Positions 27,648-40,968 of a stretch of DNA of 64,000 nt are shown piece by piece; the stretch's first letter is position 1, and every line of letters starts with the position of its first letter. The DNA is from Eledone cirrhosa (lineage: Eukaryota). The position numbers were made by a program, and so were the translations under genes. The stretch is taken from assembly GCA_964016885.1 (NCBI GenBank), contig OZ024752.1:46252001-46316000 (forward strand), read 5' to 3'. The notes beneath the pieces were generated by a model. The model was not told the origin of the DNA. It ran no database searches and was given only the letters and a program-made list of their open reading frames with translations.

Positions 27648-27696
27648 GCTTCCTAATGATTTCTCCCGAATGAAACAGTTCTAGTCCTGTAGAAGC
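27648..27696 (+). ncRNA. Hammerhead motif, GCUUC/GAAGC family, core-mutated copy
   Basis: GCUUC-CUAAUGA-UUUCUCCCGAAU-GAAA-CAG-UUCUAGUC-CUG-UA-GAAGC: stems I and III perfect, with a G-to-A change in the CUGAUGA box. Confidence 0.6.
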
Positions 27697-27937
27697 CTTT
27701 TCTATATTATATATATATATTGTGTTATATATAGCTTGGCATCTGTGTTGTTGCAACTCAATTTTTCCAGCTGAGTGAACTGGAGAAACCAGAAATATGC
27801 CTTGCCCAAGGATGCAATGCACTGCTTAGTTCGGGAATCAAACTCATGAGAGCCAAGCTCCCTAACCACTAAGTTACATGACTTCACCCTTTTAACTGTT
27901 AAGTTAATGTCTGTTCTAAGTTGAAGGCTTATCCCCG

Positions 27938-28340
27938 GGTTTCCTTGCCGTTAAGTGACAGAGTACAAGACTCTCCCTGAGCAGGTTGCCAGTCTATCGC
28001 AGGAATAACTTCCCTTGGTTTCCTTGCCGTTAAGTGACTGAGAGTACAAGACTCTCCCTGGGCAGGTTGCCAGTCTATCGCAGGATTAACTTCCCTTGGT
28101 TTCCTTGGTGTTAAGCGACTGAGAATACATGACTCTTCCTGGACAGGATGCCAGTCTATCGCAGGATTAACTTCCCTTGGTTTCCTTGCCGTTAAGTGAC
28201 TTAGAGTACAAGACTCTCCCTGGGCAGGTTGCCAGTCTATCGCAGGATTAACTTCCCTTGGTTTCCTTGGTGTTAAGCGACTGAGAATACATGACTCTTC
28301 CTGGACAGGATGCCAGTCTATCGCAGGATTAACTCCCCCA
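27938..28340. repeat. ~81-bp tandem repeat x5 inside a SINE remnant
   Basis: GGTTTCCTTG recurs at 27938, 28017, 28098, 28179 and 28260. It continues into a CORE-like CTGAGTGTACTTGAGCAATGAGAAATAAAGTTTCTTGCTCAAG. Confidence 0.85.
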
Positions 28341-29966
28341 GTTACTGGTGGTATTCACTGTCAACTGAGTGTACTTGAGCAATGAGAAATAAAGTTTCTT
28401 GCTCAAGAACACCCTTCCTCAGCACATGACCTAACCATCTCATTCCATTTCTCTTCACAACATCCATCACAAACTCTGATCAAGGCATCGTCATCTTTTA
28501 TTAAAGTTGTCTGCAAGATGTTCTCATAAAAGAGCTTGTTTTGTTCTTTAGTGACCCCCAGATTGTGGTACCAGAGTAGAGATAATTGTTTGGTACCCAA
28601 GTAGAGATAAATGTCTATCTGGTCATACAATTGTCTTTAAGTATTCTGAGTTTGATAATTCTGTAATTTACTCTAACTACATCAATTACCTTATCTATAC
28701 TCTCCTCAGCTATTAAAATGCCTCACTGCAACCCTTCCCATCCCAGAAGAGCTTATATCTATGGTATTTGCTGGTGAGAGGTCTGACTAAGGCTTCCCTC
28801 CATCTCACCTTACACAAAACACACATAGTTCCATCTCTAATCAGGCATTTTTCACAATTTCAACCAATTGTGTCAATATTGTGAACTACAGACTTTATAG
28901 TGATAGTATATCCTGTCCAGTGGTGATTGAGTCATCTTTTGGCCACAGTTTTATGTAGCACTAACATGGCTACAGTTAATCCTGAATATGGAGAGTGTGT
29001 GTATGTATGTATATATATAAGCATATGTAGTGTGTGCATGTGTGTGTATATATATATATATAGAGAGAGAGATATATACTTCCTCAGAAAACAGGATCAC
29101 AGAAAGTTTAGTACAGGATGAAGGTACACGTCATTTTAGAATCTACATCCTTGTATGTATATCATCATCATCATCATCATTTCATTTTATGTCCACTTTT
29201 CCCTGCTTGCAAGGGTGGGACGGGAACTGATTCTGGCTTGATTTCTACAGCTGGATGCCCTCCCTAACACCAACCTCATTTACAGTGAGTGCTGGGTGCT
29301 TTTTTGCCGTGGCACCTCCACGACCACTTTACAGCTGAGTAAACTGGAGCAATGTGAAATAAAGTGTCTTGCTCAACACATCACCCGGTCTGAAAATTGA
29401 ACTCACAACCTTTCGATTGCAAGGCCAATGCTCTAACCACCAAGCCATGTGCCTCCATGTATATATATATATATATCATATATATATATAACATATATAT
29501 ATATATATATATACACAGACACACATAAAATAGGACTAAGACAGAGAAAGGAAGAAGACAAAGGCAGTGAGTAAACGGCACACTGACATTAAAAGGATCA
29601 GAGAATCGGAGACAAAGAAAAGAGAGAAAGTTAAATATACATATATAATGAAAATTATTGTGTACAATGATACACACACACATATATATGTGTGTGTGTG
29701 GTAACACACATACACACACATATATATGTGTGTGTGTGGTAACACACATACACACACACATATATGTGTGTGTGTGGTAACACACATACACACACACATA
29801 TATGTGTGTGTGGTAACACACATACACACACACATATATGTGTGTGTGTGTGTGTATGTGTGGTAACACAAGTTATTTTCACTTGTTTTGTCACCTAAAA
29901 TAATATTTAACCAAATTATATATACATATATATAATATGAAAATTATTGTCTACAATAATATATAT

Positions 29967-30034
<68 letters not shown>

Positions 30035-30122
30035 ATAATAATAAATTTGAAGACTAAAATCCAAAGAGAGATCGATAAGGTTAAATATATATCAAATATA
30101 TAAGAACCGTAGAGCAAATATT

Positions 30123-30250
30123 TATTAAAATAACAGATTAAAGTTTAAGCAAAGAATCGCTGCTTTCACCCTTAACGGGATCTTCAGAATCTTCAGAAGA
30201 TTCCGTTAAGGGTGAAAGCAGCGATTCTTTGCTTAAACTTTAATCTGTTA

Positions 30251-30258
<8 letters not shown>
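30123..30258. repeat. Inverted repeat with 63-bp arms and a CUGAAGA-UCCC-GUUAA-GGGU-GAAA hammerhead-like core on the minus strand
   Basis: 30123-30185 pairs with 30196-30258 (1 mismatch), followed by (TA)n. Confidence 0.88.
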
Positions 30259-30288
<30 letters not shown>

Positions 30289-30364
30289 TGTAATAAACAA
30301 CATAAGATAATTAATTCATTTACCAGTGGTTTCTTGAAGACATGTTTATATCTGTCTTCGTCAG

Positions 30365-30398
<34 letters not shown>

Positions 30399-30404
30399 TA
30401 TATA

Positions 30405-30480
30405 CAGGGTGTCCTAAAAATGTATACACACTTCAACAGCATTCTAATAAATATGTGTTTACATTTTTTGGGACACCTTG
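30405..30480. mobile_element. Tc1/mariner-type MITE (~76 bp)
   Basis: TA-CAGGGTGTCC-TAAAAATGTATACAC ... GTGTTTACATTTTTTGGGACACCTTG-TA. A second copy lies in the opposite orientation at 49491-49569. Confidence 0.75.
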
Positions 30481-30527
30481 TATGCATATATATATATATG
30501 TATATATGGCACCCACAACTCCGATTT

Positions 30528-30588
<61 letters not shown>

Positions 30589-30593
<5 letters not shown>

Positions 30594-30766
30594 AACAAGT
30601 AAGACCCCGACGGCTGAGCTCAAGCCGTTTCGACGGCTAATTCTGTCGATACGGCTTGAGCTCAGCCGTCGGGGTTTTACTTGTTCCTATTACCCACTCT
30701 ACTACCCTAAGTATTGAGTACTTTGGTGCGTTATGGTCCATCTGGTTCCTTACCACTTTTCCTTCG

Positions 30767-30770
<4 letters not shown>
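30589..30770. mobile_element. Penelope-like pLTR fragment with a 5' fold-back (30589-30690)
   Basis: Arms ATAGGAACAAGTAAGACCCCGACGGCTGAGCTCAAGCCGT / reverse complement. The minus strand carries GAAA-CGGC..GCCG-UC (hammerhead stem III and cleavage triplet). Flanked by (TA)n. Relatives at 52765-52940, 11170-11215 and 54480-54572. Confidence 0.7.
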
Positions 30771-30814
<44 letters not shown>

Positions 30815-31943
30815 GATATTATAGACAGATCTGGGGTGTTGCTGCTATACAGAACGGATTGTCGCCGCTCAGTTCTATAGCAGGGGATATATTCTCTCTA
30901 TTTTGTTGTGGTTTTAAATAAACCCCAACATCCACCACCACCACATGCCAGCATACAGACACTCTTAGAAAAGATGACAATATTGGAAGGCATTATGTCA
31001 CGAACTGTTGTTGACATCTATAAACAGACAGCTGACGAAGCGAATCCCCCCTTTGTCTAACATGCATGCTGATATAGTAACATTTTATATAGGAAATCAT
31101 AAACAAATCTATTTCAAATAACAACAACTCTACAGATATTTAAAAACGGGATCTAAAACGGAGGGCAAGAGCTCTAGGGTCACATGAATATGGGAAGAAG
31201 GGCAAGGGTGGTCGACTCTATGCCTAGGGCAGAAATTCGACATCTATTTGTATGTTTTCATTATTTCTTCTGCTTTTACGTCCCTTTGCGAACCGGGTTC
31301 AAATCCCGCCGCGGTTGACTTTGCCTTTCATCCTTACAGGGTCGATAAAATAAAGTACCAGTAATGTACTGGGTAATTGCTGGCCTTGTGCCAAATGTAG
31401 AAACAATTATTTCTTCTGTTTATTACGAACCTTTACGTTCTGAGGTTAGCTTTGCCTTTCATCTTTACGGGGTCGATAAACAAAGCACCAGTAATACACT
31501 GAGGTCGATGTAATTGACTTTCCTCCTCTCCCCAAATTATTGGCCTTGTGTCTAAATCAAAAACCATTATTTCTTCCATCTATAAAATAAACTACCAGTA
31601 ACACATTCTCTTAATCGGAGTTCCCCTCTCTCAAAATTATTGGCTTGTGTGTGATTAAATCAGAAACCATTTTTTTTTTTTGTTTTTTTAAACTTGGTAA
31701 AATCTGTTTTTAACCTAGGTAGGTACATTGCCTTAATGAATAAGGGCTAACGGCGCGTGGGCACCGGTTAAACCACCCCTAGACTGATTCTTTATTTTAT
31801 CGACTTCCTCGGTTCCCCGGAAGGCTGAAAGGCAAAGTTGACCTCAGCAGGATTTGAAAGCAGAACTTAAAGGACCCTAGCTAAACACTGAAATCTGCTG
31901 AACATGTTATATTAATATATACACTAGGTAACAAGTGGAACAA

Positions 31944-31980
<37 letters not shown>

Positions 31981-32096
31981 GATCGTGATCCTCGTCCGAG
32001 GTCCCTCACGCGACTATCTCTTCTGTTAATATGTTCCATAAACGAAGAAATGGCCTTCATCGATCACCGATGGACGAATACACATACGTACACAGC

Positions 32097-32127
<31 letters not shown>

Positions 32128-32291
32128 GTGTGTGTGTGTGTGTGTGTATCCTGGGGTTAATCGGGGGTAACCACAGTAAGTAAGGTACTCGATACATAGC
32201 GGAGTATAAATATTTAATATAGAAATGACTTCTACAGGACTAGAACAGTTTCATTCGAAGGAAATGATCAGGAAAGCCGACTGTCATTGTG

Positions 32292-32322
<31 letters not shown>

Positions 32323-32426
32323 AATGTATATATATAGTTCAAGAAATGACAAGTGTAAGAGAGAAATACAAAATCACAGTCTTAGTATTACGGTTAGTAG
32401 AGAAGTAGGAGAGGGTTTGACGGTTT

Positions 32427-32532
<106 letters not shown>

Positions 32533-32588
32533 TGCCAAGACTGGAATTGAACCATCAGCACAGTTGAGGTATGTCATACATCAATTTA

Positions 32589-32658
32589 TATATTTTATCT
32601 GATGAGGACGTACTGAGGAAACAGCACAGTACCTCTGAAATATATATAATAAAATATA
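32589..32658 (+). ncRNA. Type-I hammerhead ribozyme motif
   Basis: UAUAUUUUAU-CUGAUGA-GGACGUACUG...CAGUACCUCU-GAAA-UAUAUA-UA-AUAAAAUAUA: perfect 10-bp stem I, intact core, GUACUG/CAGUAC stem II, palindromic stem III. Confidence 0.78.
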
Positions 32659-32697
32659 TTTGATTACATGAATGTCTATATTTATTAATATTTTGAA

Positions 32698-32734
<37 letters not shown>

Positions 32735-33355
32735 CATTATTTTTATTATTAAAAAATGTAAGCCGTACGGTCAAGCTTAAACTGTTTCTATATATAGATA
32801 TTGACTTAATACCAGCGATCTTCGTTACTTTTATATTATGTATATATAATACAATAATATATCTATATAATACAGATTGAAAGTGGTGTTTTGTATACAG
32901 CGTACATAGATCGGTTCAGACAATAACTGAATAAGTACTCAATACATGGATATATTTCCTGGAGAAAAACGTGAATTAATGGAGTAATTAAGAGTTAACC
33001 GTGCCCCTGAAATGGAAGTGAAGATGTGATGTCCGTTGAGGTGGAGTAAATAAGGAAAACATGCAAGGATTATTTTCCTATGGAATTATTAAAAAAATAA
33101 TAATAATAATAATAATAATAATAGTGATAATAATAAAAACAGAGGGGAAAAATAGGAAGACAGACAAGTGTATAATTCCGTAGATTATTAATTGCATCCT
33201 TCCTCTTATCCGGCTTAGATGAGGGTTCCTTTGTTTCAAAGATAGCAGATGAAGGAAGAGGAAGGAAGAACCAAGGGTTTAACGGAAGGGGGTGATATAT
33301 GGACAGAGAGAGAGAGAGAGAGATAGAGATAGAAAGACAGACAGACACCACTTAC

Positions 33356-33583
33356 CGATTTAAAGTCTATGAATTGATATATATGGGTTCCGTCTATCTT
33401 GACGAAATACATGGAGATTGTATTAGCAGCCGTGTCAGCATCAATTGATTCCACTTGGACATCACCTCCTTTGTTCTTAACATTCACTACCAACTCACTA
33501 GCCACATTTGGCAACAACACCAATAATACTCCGACTAACGTGAAGAAAACATGGTCGTGTTTCTTCTTCTTTTTGAAAATCAT
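33356..33583 (-). CDS. OAF: Out-at-first homolog, exon 1 (signal peptide plus start of the OAF domain)
   Basis: ATG at 33583. Reads MIFKKKKKHDHVFFTLVGVLLVLLPNVASELVVNVKNKGGDVQVESIDADTAANTISMYFVKIDGTHIYQFIDFKS, then a GTAAG donor at 33355. 228 nt, phase 0. Hydrophobic signal peptide followed by the OAF-like L.V.V....G....E....D......I.L.F...DGT.....DF pattern. Confidence 0.92.
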
Positions 33584-35190
33584 TTTGTGAAGAAGGGAAA
33601 AATAGAGGGGAGGGGGTTCGAAGAAGGGTTAACAAAACAAGGAACCACAACAGAGAATGGTTTTATGGAAGGGGGGGAGGGACCGAAAGGAAGAAGTTGT
33701 CAAGACGTGTGAGGAGAATCCCCCCACGTCACGGACACCTTGCATATACAGCAATACATTCGTCTGTAGTGATAATGATGATGTGGTCTACATCACTTAA
33801 TCATATTATACTCGCGTATCAGACCAGTTTATTCGTTGTGGGCGTCAACTGAACAGTCGATGTTAGTGGAAAATTAAATAAAATAAAAATAATTGTCTCT
33901 GAATTAGGCACGAGTCTAGTAGTTTTAGAGGAAGACGGGGTAAAAAATCACCCTCAGTATTTCACTGGTATTTTATTTTAATGATTCCAGAAGGATGAAA
34001 AGCAAGGTTGACCTTGGAGGGATTTGAACTCTGTACGTAAAGTGCCAGAAGAAAGACAGTAAAGTATTTTATCCGAAAATATAATAAAAATCTAAACCGG
34101 GGTTAGGAGTCTGTGGCCTTCTGTAAGAAACACAATGTTTAAAGGAAAACTTTCATTTTATATTAAAATATATTTTTTGCTGGTTTCATTTTATTTAACG
34201 TCCATCATATCAACTAACTATGACTCGTAGAAAAATCAAAACAAAACAACAACAAAAAACCCCACTTATATTCTATTATTTACATAGTGTCAAAAGTAGA
34301 AACAATTATTTACATATGTAAATTATATTTAGTTTGTAAAATAACTGAGGTTAACTGCCTCTTTAAGTAAATTTCAATGCAAGCCTTCTAACGTAAAAAA
34401 AGTTCCCCACTTCTGAGCTAAACAAAAATAAAGGTAAATGACATAATATAGACATGTGCTTGATAAAACTTACATTGCACATGTTACATTGAATGATTGA
34501 ATGGATTTTACTCTTTTACCTGTTCCAGCCATCCGGCTGAGGCCATGCTAGAGCACCGCCCTTTTTTAAAATATATATATATATATAAATATATATATTT
34601 TTTTAGAGGTAAATAAAGTTTTATTTATTATTTTTTTAATTACGTTTTAGATATTAGTTCCTGATTTAGGCAAAAGGTCAAAATATTTTTTTTGGGGGAG
34701 AAGCAAAGACGATTAAAGCAACCTCAGTATATTACTGGTACTTTATTTAATCAACCCCTTGACAATGAAAGACAAAGCTATTTAAATTCAGCTGGATTCG
34801 TAAATAATTGTTTCTACTTTTGGCACAAGGCCAACAAATACTCAGTGTATTACTGGTACTTTATTTTATCGACCCCGTGAGGATGAAAGTCAAAGCTAAC
34901 CCCGGCGGGATTTGAACTCAGATGGATTCCTATATAATGTTATTTGTTATATATCCTATGCGCTGGCAGTACACTAATATTTACAACTACGAAGTGAGAA
35001 GGAAGAGAGTTTAAGTAAATAAGCTTTATTTTTAAAAAATGTGAAGAATGCGACTTTGTTAAAAGTCTGCTTATTTGTTAAGAATGGTTTTCTGGATTAC
35101 TCCCAGTCTTTATTATTTTAATTAACTACAGATTACACATTTTCGACTATAATTATATATATGATGTATGTGTGTGTGTGTATATATGTG

Positions 35191-35243
<53 letters not shown>

Positions 35244-35244
35244 C

Positions 35245-35400
35245 GTTTCTGAATTTGTTTAGCAAGATTCTTTATCTGAAATCGTGTGTTGAAACCGATA
35301 TTGTTATACTTTGGGAGGGTCATGTTGCCAATAAGAAACACACGCACCAGGTGCGTGTGTTTCTTATTGGCAACATGACCCTCCCAAAGTATAACAATAT
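35245..35400. repeat. Dispersed repeat (also at 6724-6826 and 52950-53030) ending in a perfect 51-bp-arm palindrome (35298-35400)
   Basis: 35298-35348 is the reverse complement of 35350-35400. Embedded in (TA)n. Confidence 0.88.
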
Positions 35401-35739
35401 ATATATATATATATATATATATGATGTATGTGTGTATATATATGTGATTATATATATATATATATATGTGTGTGTGTATATGTGATTATATATATATATA
35501 TATATATGATGTATGTGTGTATATATGTGATGTGTGTATATATATATATATATACATAGTTATATTTGGGAATGGTCACGTTGCCAGTATTGCCAATAAA
35601 AATACATAAACGTATATCATCATCATCATCACCGTTTTACGTCTGTTCTTCCACGCTAGCATGGGTTAGACGGGTTGTCCTGTTGTGGGCAGTGTCCGGT
35701 CGGCTGAACTTGTCTTGCTCATACAGGAACTGATTCTGG

Positions 35740-35779
<40 letters not shown>

Positions 35780-36628
35780 TACAGTGCTGGATTTACCATT
35801 GTGTTTAGGTGTGCTTAAGCACAGGACCCCGTTGGCTCATCTTCCTGATGACTGCCTGTGTAGGCCTACCAGTCCTACTGCTTCAGGATATAAGCAAGGG
35901 GCCTCGTAACTAGCACAGGGCCTCATTTGTCCTCAATCTGGCACCGTATATATATATATATATATGTATCTGTGTGAGTTCACTCCAATTCATTGTTTGT
36001 CATCCTCTCCTTGTGCAACATTCCATGCATCTACGCAGAGCAGGACTTTCATCTGCTGAGGCCCTTCTCTAAACATCTCATCTCCAGAATCCTTGTTGGC
36101 AGTATTGGGAACAAAAGAAAAATGCACTGGGCAAATACTACAGCACCTCACACATGAGCTCACCAAACACCACTCATACGCATAAATGTATGTAGCTCCA
36201 CTCTGTACACTTTGTCTCCTTAATAAAGTCAAATACTTTTTCAACAGATCATCATCATCATCACCGTTTTACGTCCGTTCTTCCACGCTAGCATGGGTTT
36301 GACGGGTTGTCCTGTTGTGGGCAGTGTCTGGTCGGCTGACCATGCCTTGCTTATACAGGAACTGATTTGGCTTGATTTTTACAGCTGGATGCCCTTCCTA
36401 ACACCAACCTCATTTACAGTGAGTGCTGGGTGCTTTTTCGTGGCGTCTACACGTCCACTTTACAGTGTGGGCTGGGTGCTTTTTTGCCGTGGCACCTCCA
36501 CGACCACCTTGCAGTGGGAGGGTGTGGGGGCATATTGTCTATATGCTTCGTATATATGCTAGATCTCGTATATATATATATATATATAAATTCTACCATG
36601 TAGTGAATAGTCACTTCCACTACTATAG

Positions 36629-36739
36629 GCTTTCTGATGAAGTGTGATAAATAATTAAGTATTACATATGATTGAACAATATATATTGTCGTCAGCATAT
36701 GTAGACAATTATAATAGACACAGAAACATATGTTAAAGC
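36629..36739 (+). ncRNA. Type-I hammerhead ribozyme motif with a very long stem II insert
   Basis: GCUUU-CUGAUGA-AGUGU...(~70 nt)...ACACA-GAAA-CAUAUG-UU-AAAGC, followed by AAUAAA. Confidence 0.68.
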
Positions 36740-36798
36740 AAATAAATTCATAATCTTTCATGTCGATGTTTATATTTTTCTTGGTGCAATACTTGCTC

Positions 36799-36832
<34 letters not shown>

Positions 36833-36898
36833 AATAAAATACAACTGATATAAATCTCTGAACATTAATCAGTTTATAATATACTCACACATACACCC

Positions 36899-36941
<43 letters not shown>

Positions 36942-36946
36942 CATAC

Positions 36947-36977
<31 letters not shown>

Positions 36978-36990
36978 CATATATATATAC

Positions 36991-37037
<47 letters not shown>

Positions 37038-37197
37038 CATATATATATATACACATATATATATATACACATATATATATACACATATATATATATACAC
37101 ATATATATATATATACACATATATATATATACACATATATATATATACATATATATACATACATATATACACACATATATATATATATATACATATT

Positions 37198-37303
<106 letters not shown>

Positions 37304-37305
37304 CA

Positions 37306-37408
<103 letters not shown>

Positions 37409-37740
37409 TCATATATATATATATACATATATATATAAATATATATATACATATATAAATACATATATATATATACATATATATATAAATATATGTATAC
37501 ATACATACATGTACACAATTTATAAACTGATGTATAAGTCCCATATTTTCCATGAAAATACATGAAAAGCCAGCCTGTGTCTTATCTATTGGTGCAACAT
37601 ACACAAATATATATGGTATGTCATGACAGCGGCCTTCCAGCCTCCCTCTGGTGCCATGAGAAAATGTGAGAGTGTACATAGCTGAGATGTCCACATCTAT
37701 CTCAGAGATCTCTGGCTGGCTCTCATTAATTTCTGACGTG

Positions 37741-38190
37741 GATTGGCAGTATCGGTAGAGGGTCGGACGCCATGCTAGGGCGGTGGATTGGCAGTATCGG
37801 TAGAGGGTCGGACGCCATGCTAGGGCGGTGGATTGGCAGTATCGGTAGAGGGTTGGACACCATGTTAGGGCGGTGGATTGGCAGTATCGGTAGAGGGTTG
37901 GACACCATGTTAGGGCGGTGGATTGGCAGTATCGGTAAAGGGTCGGACACCATGTTAGGGCGGTGGATTGGCAGTATCGGTAGAGGGTCGGACACCATGT
38001 TAGGGCGGTGGATTGGCAGTATTGGTAGAGGGTCGGACGCCATGCTTTCCAGCATAGTTACGTCCCTTTATGATCTGAGTTCAAATCCCGCCGAGGTTGA
38101 CTTTGCCTTTCATCCTTACGGGGTCGATAAAATAAAGTACCAGTAATGCACTGGGTTATTGCTGGCCTTGTGCCAAAAGTAGAAACAATT
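37741..38190 (+). mobile_element. SINE whose 45-bp 5' head is tandemly repeated ~7 times
   Basis: The unit GATTGGCAGTATCGGTAGAGGGTCGGACGCCATGCTAGGGCGGTG repeats over 37741-38045, followed by a normal SINE body. Confidence 0.85.
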
Positions 38191-38671
38191 AATTTCTGAC
38201 CTGGTCTGAGACAATCTGTCAAACCATTGGACATTAAATGATGATGATGGTGATGATGATGCATAATGTATGTGTGTATGTATCAGTCTGTATGTATGTG
38301 TGTGTCTGTTTGTATCTGCAAGTGTCTCCGTGTGTGTGTGTGTGTGTGTGTCAGTCTGTATGTGTGTGTGTCTGTTTGTATGTGTGTGTGTGTGTCAGTC
38401 GGTATGTGTGTGTGTGTCTGTTTGTATGTGTGTGTGTTTGTATCTGCAAGTGTCTCCGTGTGTGTGTGTTTACATACACACATAATGCATACGTACAACA
38501 AACTTTGTGACTGCAGTAAAATATATTTATACATACAGGAATGTACTTGAATTCCTCTTCAACATGATTATGAAGAAACTTATATCAGTCTTCCTAATCT
38601 TTCAGTTTACCCTAATTCTAGAACCCAGCCCTTCCCTGGAATCTCAAAAGATACCAAATCACAAGACATTA

Positions 38672-38865
38672 TGGGCGGTGAATTGGCAGTATCGGTAGAG
38701 GGTTGGACGCCATGCTTTGATGCATAGAGTTACGGCCCTTGCCATTCTGAGTTCAAATACCACCGAGGTTAACTTTGCCTTTCATCCTTACGGGGTCAAT
38801 AAAATAAAGTACCAGTAATGTACTGGGATAATTGCTGGCCTTGTGCCAAAAAGTAGAAACAATTA
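38672..38865 (+). mobile_element. tRNA-derived SINE with a Nin/Deu-like central domain (most abundant SINE in the window)
   Basis: TGGCAGTATCGG (box A) ... GAGTTCAAAT (box B) ... TTTGCCTTTCATCCTTACGGGGTC.ATAAAATAAAGTACCAG ... GGCCTTGTGCCAAAAGTAGAAACAATTAT. Other copies at ~226-362, 3470-3665(-), 6272-6370(-), 12840-12970, 15515-15675, 20222-20390(-), 23325-23516(-), 25950-26138(-), 31295-31570, 34805-34922(-), 39085-39255(-), 56485-56750(-), 61750-61975(-) and 63365-63510. Confidence 0.85.
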
Positions 38866-39571
38866 TGGAAGAATTCTATTTTTTTTTTTCGCTTTTTTGG
38901 GGGGGTTCTGTTTTTCTGAAATTAAAGTTAAATTTATGAAAAATCTATCTACAGAAACCTTCTGGAGTTTAGTTAAGATTAATAAACATTTTATTGTTTA
39001 AAGTTACAATTGTGTGTGTGTTTATGTGGGTGTACATGTCGCTGCATTCTGAGTTCAAATCTTCAGTAATTGCAGGGGAGGGGAAAGTTGATTAAATCGA
39101 CCCAAGTGAATTACTGGTACTTTATTTTATCGACACTGTAAGGATGAAAGGCAAAGTTAACCGTGACAGGATTTGAACTCAGAATGTAAAGGGCCGTAAC
39201 TCTATGCTGTAAAGCATGTTGTCAGATGCTCTACTGATACTACCAATCCACTGCCCTAACCTTCTCTTCTTCTTTTTCAACGAGGCTGGGGTCATCCTAA
39301 ACCAGTGATCCCAAAGCATCGTCGTGTGTAGAGCTGACTTTTTTTTTTTTTATTCTTTATTTTTGGTGAAGGTCATGCAAGGGTCGGTTTCATAACAGGT
39401 TGATGGTTCTTCTGGTCAGGTTGGCCCTCAGCAGAATAGTTGGATGATGTGGCTGCCATCTCTGCTGGTCCGGAACCTCCCCCAAGAGACCGGCCCGCTT
39501 AAACTGCACCTCAATAATAACAGAACAAAGTAAAAGAAAAAATAAAGACTTAGATTTTAATTAAACTAATT

Positions 39572-40296
39572 TTACTGTATTGTGAAAGGACAGAGTGATT
39601 TCTTCCAGTGGAATAAAGATGTTGGTTCTACAGTTAATAAATTTCCTTGGAAATACGGATGTAATACCTCTGGTAAGATAACATTACCGTTTGGTAGCTG
39701 ATTATTCTCAATAATTGCCATCACTAACCGTGGCACAGCACATGCAGTGCCATTTATTGTGTGGGCATACAAGAGTTGATCTCTGTCATTTTTATATTTC
39801 ACCCTTAATCGTCGACTTTGATAGTCAGTGCAATTTGAGGCACTTGAAATTTCCCCCCAGAAACCCTTGGCAGCCATCCAAGCTTCGTAGTCAAACTTTC
39901 TACAGGCAGGGGCTCCAAGTTCTTGACTTGCCATATCTAAGAGTCTACAATGCAAACCTAAATTTTGGTAAATGTCAGTTTGAAGGTTGACGAATTCTTG
40001 AAGTAAATTATCACTTTCCTTCCCTGTTTCCTGTGCCACAACTGCAAACATTTCGACTTTTGTAAAGCTGTGAACTCTATATATTCCTTTCTCTTCTTCA
40101 AGTTCCGAAACCTCGGCCCGATGACACCGACTTACAGCAGTTAACTTTCTGGGTAGATCTTGAATTGTAAAAGCTTGGTTTTGTAAATACCCTGCAAGAG
40201 CCATCTCAGAGGTACCTGATAAACAGGCTGATCCATGGTGCTTTGCATCAAGTTTGTAAATCTGTGTTCTTTCTCCAGTTGTTTTGAAACCACATC
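39572..40296 (-). CDS. SARS2: Mitochondrial seryl-tRNA synthetase, exon 3 (catalytic core)
   Basis: CAG acceptor at 40297-40299. Reads GCGFKTTGERTQIY...LSGTSEMALAGY, motif 2 SRCHRAE...GIYRVHSFTKVEMF, KFDYEAWM, GEISSASNCTDYQSRRL, motif 3 HTINGTACAVPRL. CDS total is 1440 nt = 479 aa plus stop. Confidence 0.95.
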
Positions 40297-40595
40297 CTGC
40301 ATAAAATAAACAAAAATATAAGATATATCATACTTATCGTCCCAACCCCCATAAGGTAGAAAGGGGTCTCCATTTGAATAAGTTTATGATTTAAAAACAT
40401 TTTTTTTTTCCAGTTAAAAATTCATTCTGAATCTCTGATGTTAAAAATATAAATATCGGAAAAATGCTTTAAAAATAAAATAGCATAATAACGAAATTTA
40501 GAGGGAGTTTTACAAAACTCCACACTAAAATGAATAAGTGATTAAACTTTAGCATAAAATGGGAAACTTTATGTATTTTGAAAAAAATATAATAC

Positions 40596-40968
40596 CTTCA
40601 ATAATTTCTGGTTTTAAAATCTCAGGAACAGACACCAACTGGAATCCTTCTAAACGGAGTTTATCAAGGCAGAAATTTATCAGGGCTAGTTCCAGCCGGG
40701 CAAGTTGATCTAGAAAATAGTAAGTTCGTTGACCAGTGGTGATACCAACATTGGCTGTACGGAGCCATCCTGCTTTCTCTCCAAGTTCAACAACACTCTT
40801 TAGTTTCTCAGCATGAACTGTTTTTTTACCAATAGTCTTGACAACACGATTACAAGATTCATCTCCAATTGGTGCTAATGGATGAATTCTGTTGGGAATA
40901 TCTGCACTTACTGAATTTAATTTATCAATAAGTTCTTGCTTCTTGTCAGGATTAACTTCATTTGATAC
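40596..40968 (-). CDS. SARS2: Mitochondrial seryl-tRNA synthetase, exon 2
   Basis: TAG acceptor at 40969-40971, GT donor at 40595. 373 nt, VSNEVNPDKKQELIDKLNSVSADIPNRIHPLAPIGDES...GQRTYYFLDQLARLELALINFCLDKLRLEGFQLVSVPEILKPEIIE (class II motif 1 region). Not in the ORF track. Confidence 0.92.

Noticed and set aside
28403-28630. 75-aa minus-strand ORF within OAF intron 1 as a possible extra exon
   Set aside because: OAF exons 1 and 2 join in frame without it. It looks more like a decayed retroelement fragment or a chance ORF.
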